A stretch of 46,742 nucleotides of DNA, the filler included, from Sphyrna mokarran (Eukaryota): NCBI GenBank assembly GCA_024679065.1. It is 4 parts of 3 records of this genome, joined end to end, with 100 filler letters (N's around TTAATTAATTAA, not from the genome) between each part and the next. Parts side by side here need not be neighbours in the genome. Positions count along the whole stretch, not along the records: positions 27,745 to 46,742 come from JAGIQG010000077.1; 3 more parts are not named here. One strand, 5' to 3'. Both the position numbers and the translations under genes were made by a program. The notes under the pieces are model-generated. The model saw nothing but the letters and a program-made list of their open reading frames with translations, was not told the DNA's origin and ran no database searches. How positions within the stretch are numbered: the first letter of the stretch is position 1; every line of letters begins with the position of its first letter. Below, one piece after another: positions 32,880 to 44,720 of the stretch.

Positions 32880-33218
32880 CTGTAATCACTAATTTGGAGC
32901 TATTTCCGAATATTCGGGCCATGTTTTTATAATTTCGCGTTGCACAGTAATATATCCCAGAATCACTTATTCTGGAATCCGCAAAGATTAGTGAATAAAG
33001 ACGCCCATTTTGTGAAATCTCGCTGGAAAATCTCCCCTCAGGTCAGCTGTTCTCGTACGCTCTATAAATGAAATCCATGCCTTTTCTCTCCCTCTGTCTG
33101 TACCAGAAGACAGATTCAGCAACTTGACCCTGGATGTGGCAGCTGAGATTAACAGGACTCCCCGCAGGGAGAGTCTGAACCGGCGGAGACTGGGACACGG
33201 TGACCTGAGACATTGTAA
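32880..33218 (-). pseudogene. Germline-joined VJ exon with an in-frame TGA (33043-33045)
   Basis: 339 nt, phase 1-1: TMSQVTVSQSPPVQTLPAGSPVNLSCHIQGQVAESVFWYRQRERKGMDFIYRAYENS*PEGRFSSEISQNGRLYSLIFADSRISDSGIYYCATRNYKNMARIFGNSSKLVIT. No RSS; a J-like FGN(S).KL.IT strand is in the same exon; 101-nt intron to C1. Confidence 0.9.
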
Positions 33219-33319
33219 CTGGGAAAGAGAAGGAGAGAGAACAACAATTACCTCGGATTATGGAGCATTCCCTGAAGACAGTCGACAATTGGGAGTAAAC
33301 CTCAAACCATCCAATGACA

Positions 33320-33648
33320 CTTCCCGCCTCCTCTGGGAAAAGGAGCCAGCATAATCAAGGACCCCCTACAGACCCCGGACATCTTCCGTCTGGAAAAAGA
33401 TACAAACATTTGATGTCATGTACCAACCAACACAAGGACAGCTTCTTCCCTGCTGCTGTCAGACTTTTCAATGGACCTACCTCACGCAAAGTTGATATTT
33501 CTCTACACCCTAATTATGACGGTAACACGATATTCTGAACTCTGTCCTTTCCTTCTCTATCTACGGCATGCTTTGTCTGTATCGTGCGCAACAAATAATA
33601 CATTTCATTCTGTAGTAATACAGGTGACAATAGTAAATCAAATCAAAT
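33320..33648 (+). mobile_element. Rex1-type 3' tail
   Basis: aaggacagcttcttccctgctgctgtcagactttt.aatggacctacc...gtgacaatagtaaatcaaatcaaa. Confidence 0.7.
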
Positions 33649-33681
33649 GAAACCACAAAAGTGCCTGATTCAGAAAGAAAT

Positions 33682-34101
33682 TAGAACATAGAACATTACA
33701 GCGCAGAACAGGCCCTTCGGCCTTCGATGTTGCACCGACCAATTATGAATAAAACAATGACCCTCCAAACTAAACCATTCCCTTTTCTTCCATAAAATTA
33801 TCAACTAACTTCTTAAACGCCACCAAACTTGACGCATCTACAACTGCTGCAGGCAGGGCATTCCACTCCCTAACCACCCTCTGGGTAAAGAACCTACCTC
33901 TGATATCCGTCCTATAACTATCACCCCTTAATTTAAAGCTGTGTCCCCTCGTGCTAGCTTTCTCCATCCTAGGAAAAAGGCTATCACTGTCCACCCTATC
34001 TAAACCTCTAATCATCTTATATGTTTCGATAAGGTCTCCTCTTAGCCGCCTCCTTTCTAATGAAAACAACCTCAAATCCCTCAGCCTCTCCTCATAAGAC
34101 C
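33682..34101 (-). mobile_element. Young 5'-truncated CR1 LINE
   Basis: Open ORF2 C-terminus [24 protein letters not shown]...FFTQRVVREWNALP with a (tatgttc) tail; nearly identical to 42867-43221. Confidence 0.92.
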
Positions 34102-36114
34102 TGCAAATATCTGTCTAATTACGGTGTTAGTTGTCTCATTTTCCTTTTCCCTTTCAAAAGGTGTAATATCACTCCATTCACCAGTAAATCTGGTTTAAAC
34201 ACTGGTGAGGGGGCACATGGGAACTGGGGAATGTTAATCACACGGAGAGCTTCAGTAAAATTACATTTCTCAATCTTGCTTCCATCCCGTGTCTCTCCTT
34301 ATTGAAAAGCGAATGACTGCGCATGCCTGAAACTGAACAAAAAAAAAAACAGAAAATGCTGGAAAATCTCAGTGGGATTAAGGGAATTGTGATCAGTGCC
34401 GACTCGATGGGCCAAGTGGCCTCCTCGAGCAGTGAACAAACTGACTCTAGGATTCTCGTTCTACAGCATCAGTGGAGAGAGAATGGACCCGAAGTTTCGA
34501 GTCTGGATGCCGCTTGGTCAGCGCTCCATTGCCTCTCCGCCGATGCTCTCAGAATCCGAGAATCATCGAGTCCTGCAGTGCGGAAAGTGGCCGTTCAGCC
34601 CATCGAGTCTTCCCTATTCCCGCCAACCCACATATTTACACTGCTAATCCTCTGCTACAAAGCGGCAATCTAGCGCGGCCATTCAAAGTAACCTGCGCAT
34701 CTTTGGTTATTGGGAGGAAAGATGAAAGCGCGGATGAAACCCACGCAGACACGGAGAGAACGTGCAAACTCTGCAGACAGTGACCCAAGCCTGAAATTCA
34801 AACCTGGCGCTGTGACCACTGTGCCGCTGAGATCTTTCAGCACTTTCTATTTTTGCCTCGTTTCTTTTCCTCCGTTGACTTTGGGCGCCAAAGTCTGTTC
34901 AAGAATTTATAACTGACTCTGAAGTTTTACTTAAAAAGCTTTTTCTCCCACGTGGCCAATATTGTTAAGGGAGTCTATTCACAATGCATATCTCAGGAGA
35001 AATGAAAATTAGATTAATTCCATTCTAATCATTGTTATGAATCGACGTTGCATTTTCTCAGCAACATTTGATTCATTGTTAAACTTGCACGCTAAATCAC
35101 AACTTACAGAACTGCTGAAGCCCGGGGAGGGGGACCGTTTAGCCCTTCCAATTTGAGTTAAATCTGTGAAAGGTTTCGCTCATATTATTGAATTTCCCCT
35201 TCAAATTTGTATCCAATTCCCCCATTTTGAAAGTTCCATTTCCCCCGTTTGAAAGTTCCTTGTTGGATCTACTTCCTTCGCCCTTTGAGGCAAAAGCCTT
35301 CAGATCACAGCAGCTCAGATGCGCTAAAAAAAAATCCCCTAATTTCCCTCTCTGTTACTTTGACCAAATTCATATTCCCTTGGTTCCAGAAACTCCTGCC
35401 CACGGAAACAGTTTCTACCTCTTCGCTCTATCCATAACCTTCTCCGTTCTATCTGAATATAATGAGGATATCTCACCCTGGAAGAGATGGAACAATGCAC
35501 AGATACCGAGGAAATCCATTGTCCTTGAGCGAGACCATGAGACTCTGAGCCCCTGTTCTAAATTTCACTGAGAACTCGCTCTTGTTCTTTCTGTGTGGGG
35601 GAGGTGTGAAATACGCGCACTGTGTACATGAATGAAAACATGACGGGTTTGAAAATAGAACCGAGGTAGAGAGCTGTCTGCGGTTTTCCTGTTTACTACA
35701 GGTCCAGTGCTGGCGAGCATTCGGCATGTTCTCCAAAATGCCTCAAATATCTCACTCACATCAGCTACACCAGACATGGAGTGCAGAGCACGGCTCTTCC
35801 GAATCTGGTAAGGATTCCCAGGTTGTGGAAAAAGTGCAGTTAACATTTCACAACGAATGATACCAGAAATGAGAGCGTGAAACTGTCAGTGAGCCTTGAG
35901 GAGGTTGGTGTTCTGTATCTCTGAAAGAAAAATTGAAAATTGAGGGCTGATCCACTGAAATATTTTCAATTATGAAATGGTTCAACAAGGCAGAAGTCGG
36001 ATTCCAAGATATTGCAGGATGAGTTTGTCGCTAAGCAGGAATTCAGGACAAAAATGTATCTAGGAAAAATGGGGAGGATGTGGAAGTCGGTTGCATAGGG
36101 AATGCTTTTGATTG

Positions 36115-36470
36115 GATTAGAATTGATTTGATTTCTTACCGTCACATGTGTTTTAATACAGTGAAAAGTATTGTTTCTTGCGCGCCATACAGACAAAGCA
36201 TATTGTTCAGAGAGTGAACACAATCGATTTATTATTGTGACATGTACTGGACTAAAGTGAAAAGTATTGCTCCTTGCGCGCTGTGCAGACAAGACATACC
36301 GTTCATAGAATATATAAATTTGATTTATTATTGTCACATGTATTAGGATACATTGGAAAGTATTATTTCTTACGCGCTATACAGACAAAGCATACTGTTC
36401 ATCGGGAAAGAAAATAGAATGTAGTGTCACTATCATAGCCAGGCTGAAGAGAAAGTTGAACTTAATGCAA
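36115..36470 (-). mobile_element. Rex1-type tail, three tandem copies
   Basis: Reverse complement of the unit repeated at 30236-30610. Confidence 0.7.
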
Positions 36471-37099
36471 AGTGGGCCCATTTTTCGTTTATAATAATAC
36501 ATGTGACAATAATAAATCAAACCAAATCAAATTAAAATGTGCCCATTAAAAATAAATCGCACTATTAAAATCGTTCTGATTATGGCGTTAGTTGCCCGAT
36601 TTTCCTCCTCATGTCCGCTTGAGACGAATCACAAAGATGTATTTTAATTGGGCAGCTGGATAGACACCAATGAGAGAAAGGAGTAGAAGGATATGTTGAT
36701 GGAGTGATAGAAAGAAAGAATGGGGTACCTCTGGAACATTGACAGCAGCTGATAGGCCGAATGGTCCAAAACTGTTCTGTGCTTTTTATGTAATTGTGTT
36801 AGAAAAACATGAAATCAAAGCCATCCTTTGCTACTCTGATATGTGAACAATTAGTGCTGCCTCTATGCTTTACATGGATTACAACAGGGCATAGTCCACA
36901 TTACTTCAGAGAGATTACAATTGTCTAATTTAATGTTGAGCCTGGCCCGAATATAGGATGTCCCCAGGTTCTTGGTAGCCGATGACATGTCTTTGCAAAT
37001 GTACTTAGTTTTGAAATATAGGAGACTCAGTCAGGTTCGTGCAAAACGGGAGGCTGAAAATTGACAATTGATAAAGTTTGGATAAGTTAACTTACAGAA

Positions 37100-37880
37100 G
37101 CATAAAACTCCTATAGTGCAGAAGGAAGGCCATTCAGCCCACTGAGCCTGCACTGCTAGCAAATGCATCCAGGCGCTATCGCCGTGACCCCACAAACTTA
37201 GCCTGCAAATTCCTCTGACACTAAGAGACAATGTAGCATGTCCAATCTACCAAACATGCACATCTTTATCCACAAAGGCACAATTTAGCACGGACAATCC
37301 GGCGTCCTGTACATCTTTGGATAGTTGGGGAGAATTTAGCTTGGCCAATCCACGTAACCTGCACATCTTTGGACACTAATGGACAACTTTCTCATGGCCA
37401 ATCAGACAAACGGCACATATTTGGCCACTCAGGGACAATTTTGCAGGACCAATCCAGAATACCTGAACATCGTTGGATACTAAGACTAATAGAGGTGTAT
37501 AAAATTATGAAGGGCACAGATAGGGTGAAGCTTTTTCCCAGGTCGGAGGTGACGAGCACAAGGGGTCATAGTTTCAAGGTGAGGGTGGGGGGGAGCAAAG
37601 TTCAACGCAGATGTCAGGGGGACGTATTTCATACAGAGGGTGATGGAGGCCTGGAAAGCAATACCAAGCAAGGTGGTTGATGCGGATACACTGGGATTGT
37701 TTAAGACTTATCTCGATAACCACATGAACAGACTGAGAATAGAGGGATACAAACGAATGGTCTAATTGGTCACATGAACGGCGCAGGCTTGGAGGGCAGA
37801 AGGGCCTGCTTCTGCGTCGTACTGTTCTTTGTTCTAAGGGGCAATTAAGCATGGTCAATCCACCTAATTGCACATTGTTG
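37100..37880. repeat. SINE tail plus 52-bp array (37218-37482) interrupted by a plus-strand CR1 3' fragment (37484-37835)
   Basis: Array units resume at 37836 after the CR1 piece (LIEVYKIMKG.DRV...TRGHSFKV). Confidence 0.75.
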
Positions 37881-38344
37881 GTCATTGACATTTAAACTTA
37901 GTGTTCTACTTTACAGATCCTGTCCCATACACATCAATCGCCATTTTTATTAATTCCTGTTGCTTCTTTTGACAAATCCTCTTAAATCAGTGCCATGTAA
38001 CTCTTGATATTTTGCCGTTTTAACAAATATAGTAGTCGTTCTTTTTTTTACAGAAATGACAAATGGTGATAGAACATAGAAACAGACAAGGCTCTAAACT
38101 CAAAACTAAATAAAAATAACCCGATTTGTTCTATTTAAGCAAATCTTCGCCCTTCATCTTAATTTAGGTTATCTTAATACAGGGAGAGTAACATTGTTTC
38201 TTTATCATTGCGCTTCACAAGCCTGTTTAAATAGCAGGTGCCTGATTACTTGTTCTCTACTATCCAAGACCATCTCTACACAGCTTAGTGGTGGCACTTG
38301 CTGTCGACTGTATGATGGTGAGTTGACATTCCTGATTAAACATT

Positions 38345-38610
38345 AACAAAGGGGTGGTAGTTATAGGACGGATGTCAGAGGTAGGTTCTCTACTCACAAG
38401 TAGTAAGGGCGTGGAATGTCCTGCCTGCAGCAGTTGTGGACTCGCCAAGTTTAAGGGCGTTTAAATGGTCAGTGGATAGGCATATGAATAACATTGAAAT
38501 AGTTTATTTTAGAAGGTCATTAGATGTTTCCACTGGTTGGCGCAACATCGAGCGCCGAAGGGCCTGTACTACGCTGTAATGTTCTACGTTCTATGTTCTA
38601 TGTCCTATGT
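38345..38610 (+). mobile_element. CR1 3' fragment
   Basis: ttataggacggatgtcagaggtaggttct...gtagtaagggcgtggaatg.cctgcc, with a (ttctatg)n tail. Confidence 0.75.
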
Positions 38611-39353
38611 CTTATTCCTGATTAATCTGTATACTTGGGCACAGTACATTTTTTTCCCAACTCCTAATAATCTATCATTGATCTCTTGAACGATAAAGTT
38701 GCCCTGTGATGAGAAACTGGAAAAAATATGTTAAATTCTCTGTAGAACGCGAAAATGAGACTTCAGCGCATTGAAACACAATATTTTGAAGGATGGTGAC
38801 ATGACAGATCCGAAGAAAAATGATTCCCCCTTGGCTGGAAAATATGTCAAATAGTCTTAGTGTGAAGAAGTTGACTATTTCAGAATGAGAGAAGAATTTT
38901 CTGCGCCTCAAGGATAATAGATGGTTGGGCTCTCCCCAAGTGACCTGTCAATGTTCAGTCACTCATAACCCAGTCCCTGGTGCTGTGAGACAGCGGTGCT
39001 ATCCACTGTGTCACCGTCCCGCCCAGGAACTTAGTCAATGGAGTGAAAGTCAACGGTGACTGGCACAAGCAGGATCAATGAATGTAATGTCGTTACTGGA
39101 AAATACCGGCTCAAACTATGGATCAAACACCTCGGCTCAAAATTCAAATTTGTAAAATGTATTTTGTGTATAAAGTATTTTGAGTCGGAGCTATTCGCTC
39201 TGTTATGAAACAAGAAACTAGTTAGTATTTTGAAGTCACGAATATTAGAGGAACATTTATTCAAATATTCGAATAAGACATCCCAGTAGAATCAGCCGCT
39301 TTAGTGAAACAAATTAGGATACGGTTTAGAACACGGTTTTCCGTGATACTTAC

Positions 39354-39426
39354 TGTAAAGCGTCAACATGCACCACTCTAACGGACCGAAGACACTTATA
39401 ACCTGCTGGTGGATCAAATCTTTCAT
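39354..39426 (-). CDS. Candidate leader exon for the VJ-C1-TM gene (MKDLIHQQVISVFGPLEWCMLTLY)
   Basis: 73 nt from ATG to a phase-1 A|GTAAGT donor; would splice in frame to ITMS-QVTVSQSP. The hydrophobic core is imperfect (contains Glu). Confidence 0.3.
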
Positions 39427-40297
39427 TTTTGGGAGTTCGGCAGTTAATCCAGTGAGAATATTAAAACAGTAAAGTCAATGTTCTAGTTTCCCTACGAGAA
39501 TCTATAGCAATTATTCCAGCAGGGACGTTCAAAAGAATGAGAAGAAACAGAGCGGGTAGACCAGAGCTAGATCCATTGTTCTTAATGTGAAGGCCCTGGT
39601 AGAACAAATTAGTGCCACAACAGATTGGGAGGTGAACAGAGAGGGCGCTCCTTCCGGAATGTTTGAAATGCTCTGCAAAAAAATCTTTGACCTTTAAAGT
39701 CAAGGAAAATATTCGTGAGATTTTCAGCAGAGAGCCAGGCTTGGCAGCAGAAAGACAGAAAGGCTTGTCTGTGGCCACGCTTGCATGGTGTGATTTTAAG
39801 AGAGACGCCTCACTCACAGCCCTTTCGGGGACTGTGCAAAAGTAGCAATCGCTGGTGGAGATTCTGACCACGTTGATACATAAAGTTGTCCGAGACTACA
39901 GTTCAATGTGGTTTTTCGTATGTTTACAGTTCAGATGCTACACCTGCCCAACTGCCTCCAGAGATCAGAAGCTGAGACACAATGTAAAACCGCAGACAGT
40001 TGGGCATCCGAGGTAGATTTAGCTGTTCAGAGAACCTGCTGGTTTACAATTAAGCCATATTACAGGAAACTATTCAAACGAGTATTTTTCCCAATTTGGA
40101 CGCATTGCTAGTGTTGATTACAATTTGCAGAAACCCCCTCTGATTCACAACAGACGCACTCATTTCATCTGCAGGTCAGACGAACTGCAGTTTGTACATT
40201 GTACACTCAAACAGCAAATCACTGAGATTTTCAACACAATTTCAATCAATTTGCATATAATTCATAGAATATTTTCACTTCTCTTTCTTCGGCAGGA

Positions 40298-40838
40298 ATC
40301 ATAGAATATAGAACATAGAACAATACAGCACAAACAGGCCATTCGGCCCACGAGTTGCGCCGATCACATCCACCAATCCACAGACCTATCTATAACTCCC
40401 TATCCTATTCGTTTCCAAATGCCCATCCAGAAGTCTCTTAAAAGACATCAGCGTGTTTGCCTCAACAACATCCGACGGCAGTCGGTTCCATTCACTCACC
40501 ACCCTCTGAGTGAAAAACCTACCCCTGACATCTCCTTTGTATTTGCTTCCCTGCACCTTAAATCCGTGTCCTCTCGTAGTGACCATTTCATGTGGGGAAA
40601 TAGTCTCTGAGAGTCCACAATATCTATGCCTCTCAACATTTTATAAACCTCTATCAGGTCGCCTCTCAACCTACGTCTCTCCAGTGAGAAGAGTCCCTGC
40701 TCCCTCAACCTATCTTCATCAGGCCTGCCTCCCAATCCAGGCAGCATCCTCGTAAATCTCCTCTGAACTCTCTCAATAGCCTCTACATCCTTCCTATGAT
40801 GAGGCGACCAAAACTGCGCACAATACTCCAACTGGGGC
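40298..40838 (-). mobile_element. CR1 LINE 3' fragment
   Basis: [34 protein letters not shown]...[20 protein letters not shown] and TRGHGFKV...[14 protein letters not shown]. Confidence 0.92.
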
Positions 40839-40899
40839 AATCATGTGCAATCTCTTTAAAGAATGAATTAGATTGAGCACAATTACATTACAGCCTGCT

Positions 40900-41300
40900 G
40901 TCACAGTTGGTAGCAGTGCTTTCTCACAGCGCCTGGGACCTGGCTTCGATTCCTGCCTTGGATCACTGTCTGCCTGGAGTCTGAATGTTCTCATGCCTAC
41001 GCAGGTTTCCTCTGGGTGCTCGGTTTTCCTCTCACAGTGTGAAAATGTGCAGCCTTGGTGGATTGGTCCTGCTAAATTGCCTCTTCGTGTCCAAAGATGC
41101 ATCGTTTAGCCTGATTAGCCATGTAAATTATCCCATAGTGTTCAAACATGTGCAGGGTAGGTGGATTGACCATACCCAACTGCCCTTTAGTGCTTTTCGA
41201 TGTGCTGGATAGAAAGATTGGTAATGCTAAATTCATAGGATTGGATCATATAACACGTGTAATGAGGATTTCCCCTTTCGTGTCCCGAGATGTGTAGGCC
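40900..41300 (+). mobile_element. Degenerate HE1-type SINE with internal unit duplications
   Basis: Head and core followed by several decayed copies of the 52-bp unit in reverse orientation. Confidence 0.6.
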
Positions 41301-41516
41301 AAGTGGATGTTCCACAGCTTCTAGGGGCACTTTATCATTCTGGTATTCCAGTTAATCTGTCCGTGTCGTCTGGAGGTAGAACTCTCAGTGTTTGCATGCG
41401 CACTGGCAGGAATACGGAATATGATCAGAGACTGCCTGCAATGCAGAAGGAAGCACTAATTTACCCAGATCCACATCACTCACCTTATCCCCATAACAAC
41501 GCAGAATGAACACGAC

Positions 41517-41857
41517 TAATCCATCTAACCTATACATCGTTGGCACTAAGGGGCAATTTAGCATGGCCAATCCACCTACCCCGCACATCTTTGGATACTA
41601 AGGAGCAATTTAGTATGTCCAATCCACCTAATTTTCACATCTTTAGACAGTAAGCGACAATTTAGCACGGTCAATCCACCTAATCTACACAAATTTAGAC
41701 ACTAAGGAGCAATTTGGCATGGCCAATCCAACTAATCTGCTCATTTTGGATACTAATGTGCAATTTAGCATGGCCAATCCACCTAATTTACAAATCTTTA
41801 GACAGTAAGGTACAATTTGGCACGGCCATTCCACCCTAACCTGCACATCTTTGGACA
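41517..41857. repeat. 52-bp SINE-derived tandem array
   Basis: About 6-7 copies of the same unit. Confidence 0.9.
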
Positions 41858-42866
41858 TCATCATTTTCGAAAGAAAATCCTTGCTAAGGAATTTACATCC
41901 CGCGAATGAATTGAAATTTAGCTGAAATAGAAAACATATCACCACACAATTATTGTACTGAAACATTCCCTGAAGACATGCTGCCTGTCCATCGCTATGA
42001 CGCACAGTCGATGGCCACACTGTGTCAAGTGAATGTGGAATTCACCAGCACACCGCACCAAACTTGTGTCAGACTTTCCATTGCACAGCCCGTCATAATT
42101 TCCACTGTATCTGAAAGAGACAAAGTTCTCTGGGTTTGAGCTCAGGTCAACCTGCAGCCATTAACCCTACAGAAACAAACAGGTCCACAAAACATGTAGA
42201 AATAGCACGTAAAGATATCCAAAGAATTGTTATATGCAAGATTCATTTTCCTGTTGTTGCAGGTTTATGTTGAGTAAAAGAGGTAAGAACTATCAGCTAG
42301 AATAAGTATTCACACAGTAAAAACTGTGACCCCATCTTCAGATGAAAGGAACTACTCTGTTCATGCGAGTTTGCTTTTTTTTTCCTCACATAAATGTTCA
42401 GTAAAGGTTCAGTAATGCCCTTTAGGGAAGGAAGTTTCCCTCCCTTATCTGCTTTGCCCGACATGTGGACTCTTGAGCTAGAGTAATGTGATTGATTTTT
42501 AACGGCCCTCCAAAATCAACTAGGGATGGTCAAAAAATGGTGGCCCAGCCAGCAACACCCGTGTCTCAAAAATGAACATTCAAAAAAGCTTGTGATGGCT
42601 TCATTTTACTTTTACATAGTAAAATGTGATTTTATTTGAACCCTACATATCAGTGCAATGGTTCACTGCACTGTGTTTTCAAAGAGCCAATTTTTCCCTA
42701 AATCCTTCGCTCCTTTTCTCTATTTTCCTCCCGAACTTCCTTTTGTTTCAGAGGGTATTTGATAGTAAACGAGGTGGCTTTGGAATAGAGATACATGTCA
42801 TCCAGGCCAGGTGAGAACGATCGATTTCCTTCCCGAAACCAGTTGTATTTTACGACAATCCACAAC

Positions 42867-43221
42867 AGAACATAGAACATTACAGCACAGAACAGGCCCT
42901 TCGGCCTTCGATGTTGCGCCGACCAATTATGAAAAAAGCAATGACCCTCCAAACTAAACCATTCCCCTCTCTTCCATAAACTTATCAACTAACCTCTTAA
43001 ACGCCACCAAACTTGGCGCATCTACAACAGCCGCAGGCAGGGCATTCCACTCCCTAACCACCCTCTGGGTAAAGAACCTACCTCTGATATCCGTCCTATA
43101 ACTATCACCCCTTAATTTAAAGCTGTGTCCCCTCGTGCTAGCTTTCTCCATCCTAGGAAAAAGGCTATCACTGTCCACCCTATCTAAATCTCTAATCATT
43201 TTATATGTTTCGATAAGGTCT
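42867..43221 (-). mobile_element. Young 5'-truncated CR1 LINE inserted in a SINE remnant
   Basis: Near-identical to 33682-34040; the flanks (acgacaatccac ... caatggtttaatgatcatc) rejoin into the DeuSINE-type core. Confidence 0.9.
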
Positions 43222-43274
43222 CAATGGTTTAATGATCATCATTAGACTTCTGAACCCAAATTTCTATTGGAGAC

Positions 43275-43610
43275 AAGATCCCGGGTGAGGTCGTCCTCAT
43301 GAATGGGGGGCTTGGCTATAATTTTGTGTTTGGCGAGTATGCGTTTTCTTGTATCTTGAACACCGCCTTGGAGACCGCTTACCCGTCACTGTACATCCCT
43401 CCACACACATTGTCTGCACCTGTAAAGACTTGATTAACTGTAAAGACTCGCATTCCAACCATTGTCTTGCAATTGTGTCTCTATCTATATATACCGTGCT
43501 TGTGAACCCACCTTTCCTCTCACCTGAGAAAGGAGCAGTGTTTCAAAGGCTCGTAATTCCAAATAAACCTGCTGGACTTTATCCTGCTGTTGTGAGATTT
43601 CTTACTGTCC
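43275..43610 (+). mobile_element. Penelope-like fragment with terminal repeat
   Basis: tgtaaagactcgcattccaaccatt...aaataaacctgctggacttt.tcctgctgttgtgagatttcttactgt, matching 24055-24235. Confidence 0.7.
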
Positions 43611-43659
43611 TACACAATATTGAAGATTCATTTCCATGGCAACGTTGTTATCATTGTAT

Positions 43660-44000
43660 TATCATAGAATTTTACAGCGCAGAAAGAGGCCCTTCGGCCC
43701 ATTGAGTTTCCCCCAACACAATCCTACCCAGGCCCTACCCCGTTATCCCTATACATTATACCCACTAATCCCTCTAACGTACACATCCCTATACGCTAAG
43801 GGGCAATTTCTTAGCATAGCCAATCAACCTGACCCACATATCTTTGGACTGTGAGAGAAACCGGAGCACCCGGAGGAAACCCACACAGAAACAGGGAGAA
43901 TGTACAAACTCTACACAGACAATGACCCGAACCGAGAATCGAACCCTGAACCCTGGAGCTATAAAGCAACAGTGCTAACCACTGTGCTACCGTGTCGCCC
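43660..44000 (-). mobile_element. HE1-type SINE
   Basis: Full reverse-complement copy. Confidence 0.8.
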
Positions 44001-44389
44001 TACCAGAATGGTAGGATGCAATCTTTATGGAGTTATGCATTTTTCTCTATTTCATTATTCAGATGTTACTAATTCTAAGTTTGTGGAGCTTTGCAAGAAA
44101 GTTTCCAGTTAGCGATAAAGGGTCAACATCAGTCTAACTATTTATTCCTCAATCAAGAAAAGCAATCGGATTTGGTTCAAGTTGTAGTTTCATCTATTTT
44201 GTAAGTTCCATCTCCCAGACACTGGCAAAGTGTATTGCCGATTTAATAGATCTCCTATTTGACTATCCCTTTCTTGTTCACGAGAACTTTGATTATATTA
44301 TGAATATAAATGCTGGATAAAATCAGCCGTTCTGGCAGATCCGTGGAGACAGAATTGCAGTTTCACAGACATTCTCTCTCGCCACCATG

Positions 44390-44720
44390 GCGCTCAGTGT
44401 ATACCAATAATTGACCAAAGATCCTTCGACAGCACCTTCCGAACTTATGACCACTGCCTTGTAGAAGAACTAGAGCAGCTTATGCATGAGAACACCACCA
44501 TCTGCAAGTTCCCCTTCGAGCCACTCACCATGCTGACTTGGAAATATATTGGCCGTCACTAGGCCAACATCCTGGAATTCTCTCCCTAACGGCCATTTTG
44601 TCAACCTATAGTAGGTGGACTGAAGTCTTTCAAGAAGTCAGCTCGCTTCATTCGGGCCATTGAGAAGGGGAACGAATTCTACCCATCCAGCGACCACCAT
44701 ATCCCAGGAATTAATAAACA
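44390..44720 (+). mobile_element. LINE 3' end (L2/CR1 group) whose tail resembles that of the SINE at 3330-3683
   Basis: tccttcgacagcaccttcc...aacaccacca.ctgcaagttcccc...ccactcaccat.ctgacttggaaatatat...ccagcgac..ccatatccc. Confidence 0.55.

Noticed and set aside
33043-33045. In-frame TGA as selenocysteine or programmed readthrough
   Set aside because: Loop position with no Cys expected, no SECIS recognised, and other decay substitutions are present.
33219-33310. MV*GLLPIVDCLQ as the leader of the VJ exon
   Set aside because: Contains a stop, lacks a GT donor at the needed position, and would leave an intron of only about 52 nt.
42263-42282. 20-nt plus-strand segment with good splice sites (ttgcag|...GAG|GTAAGA)
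   Set aside because: No partner exons or recognisable peptide; compatible with chance.
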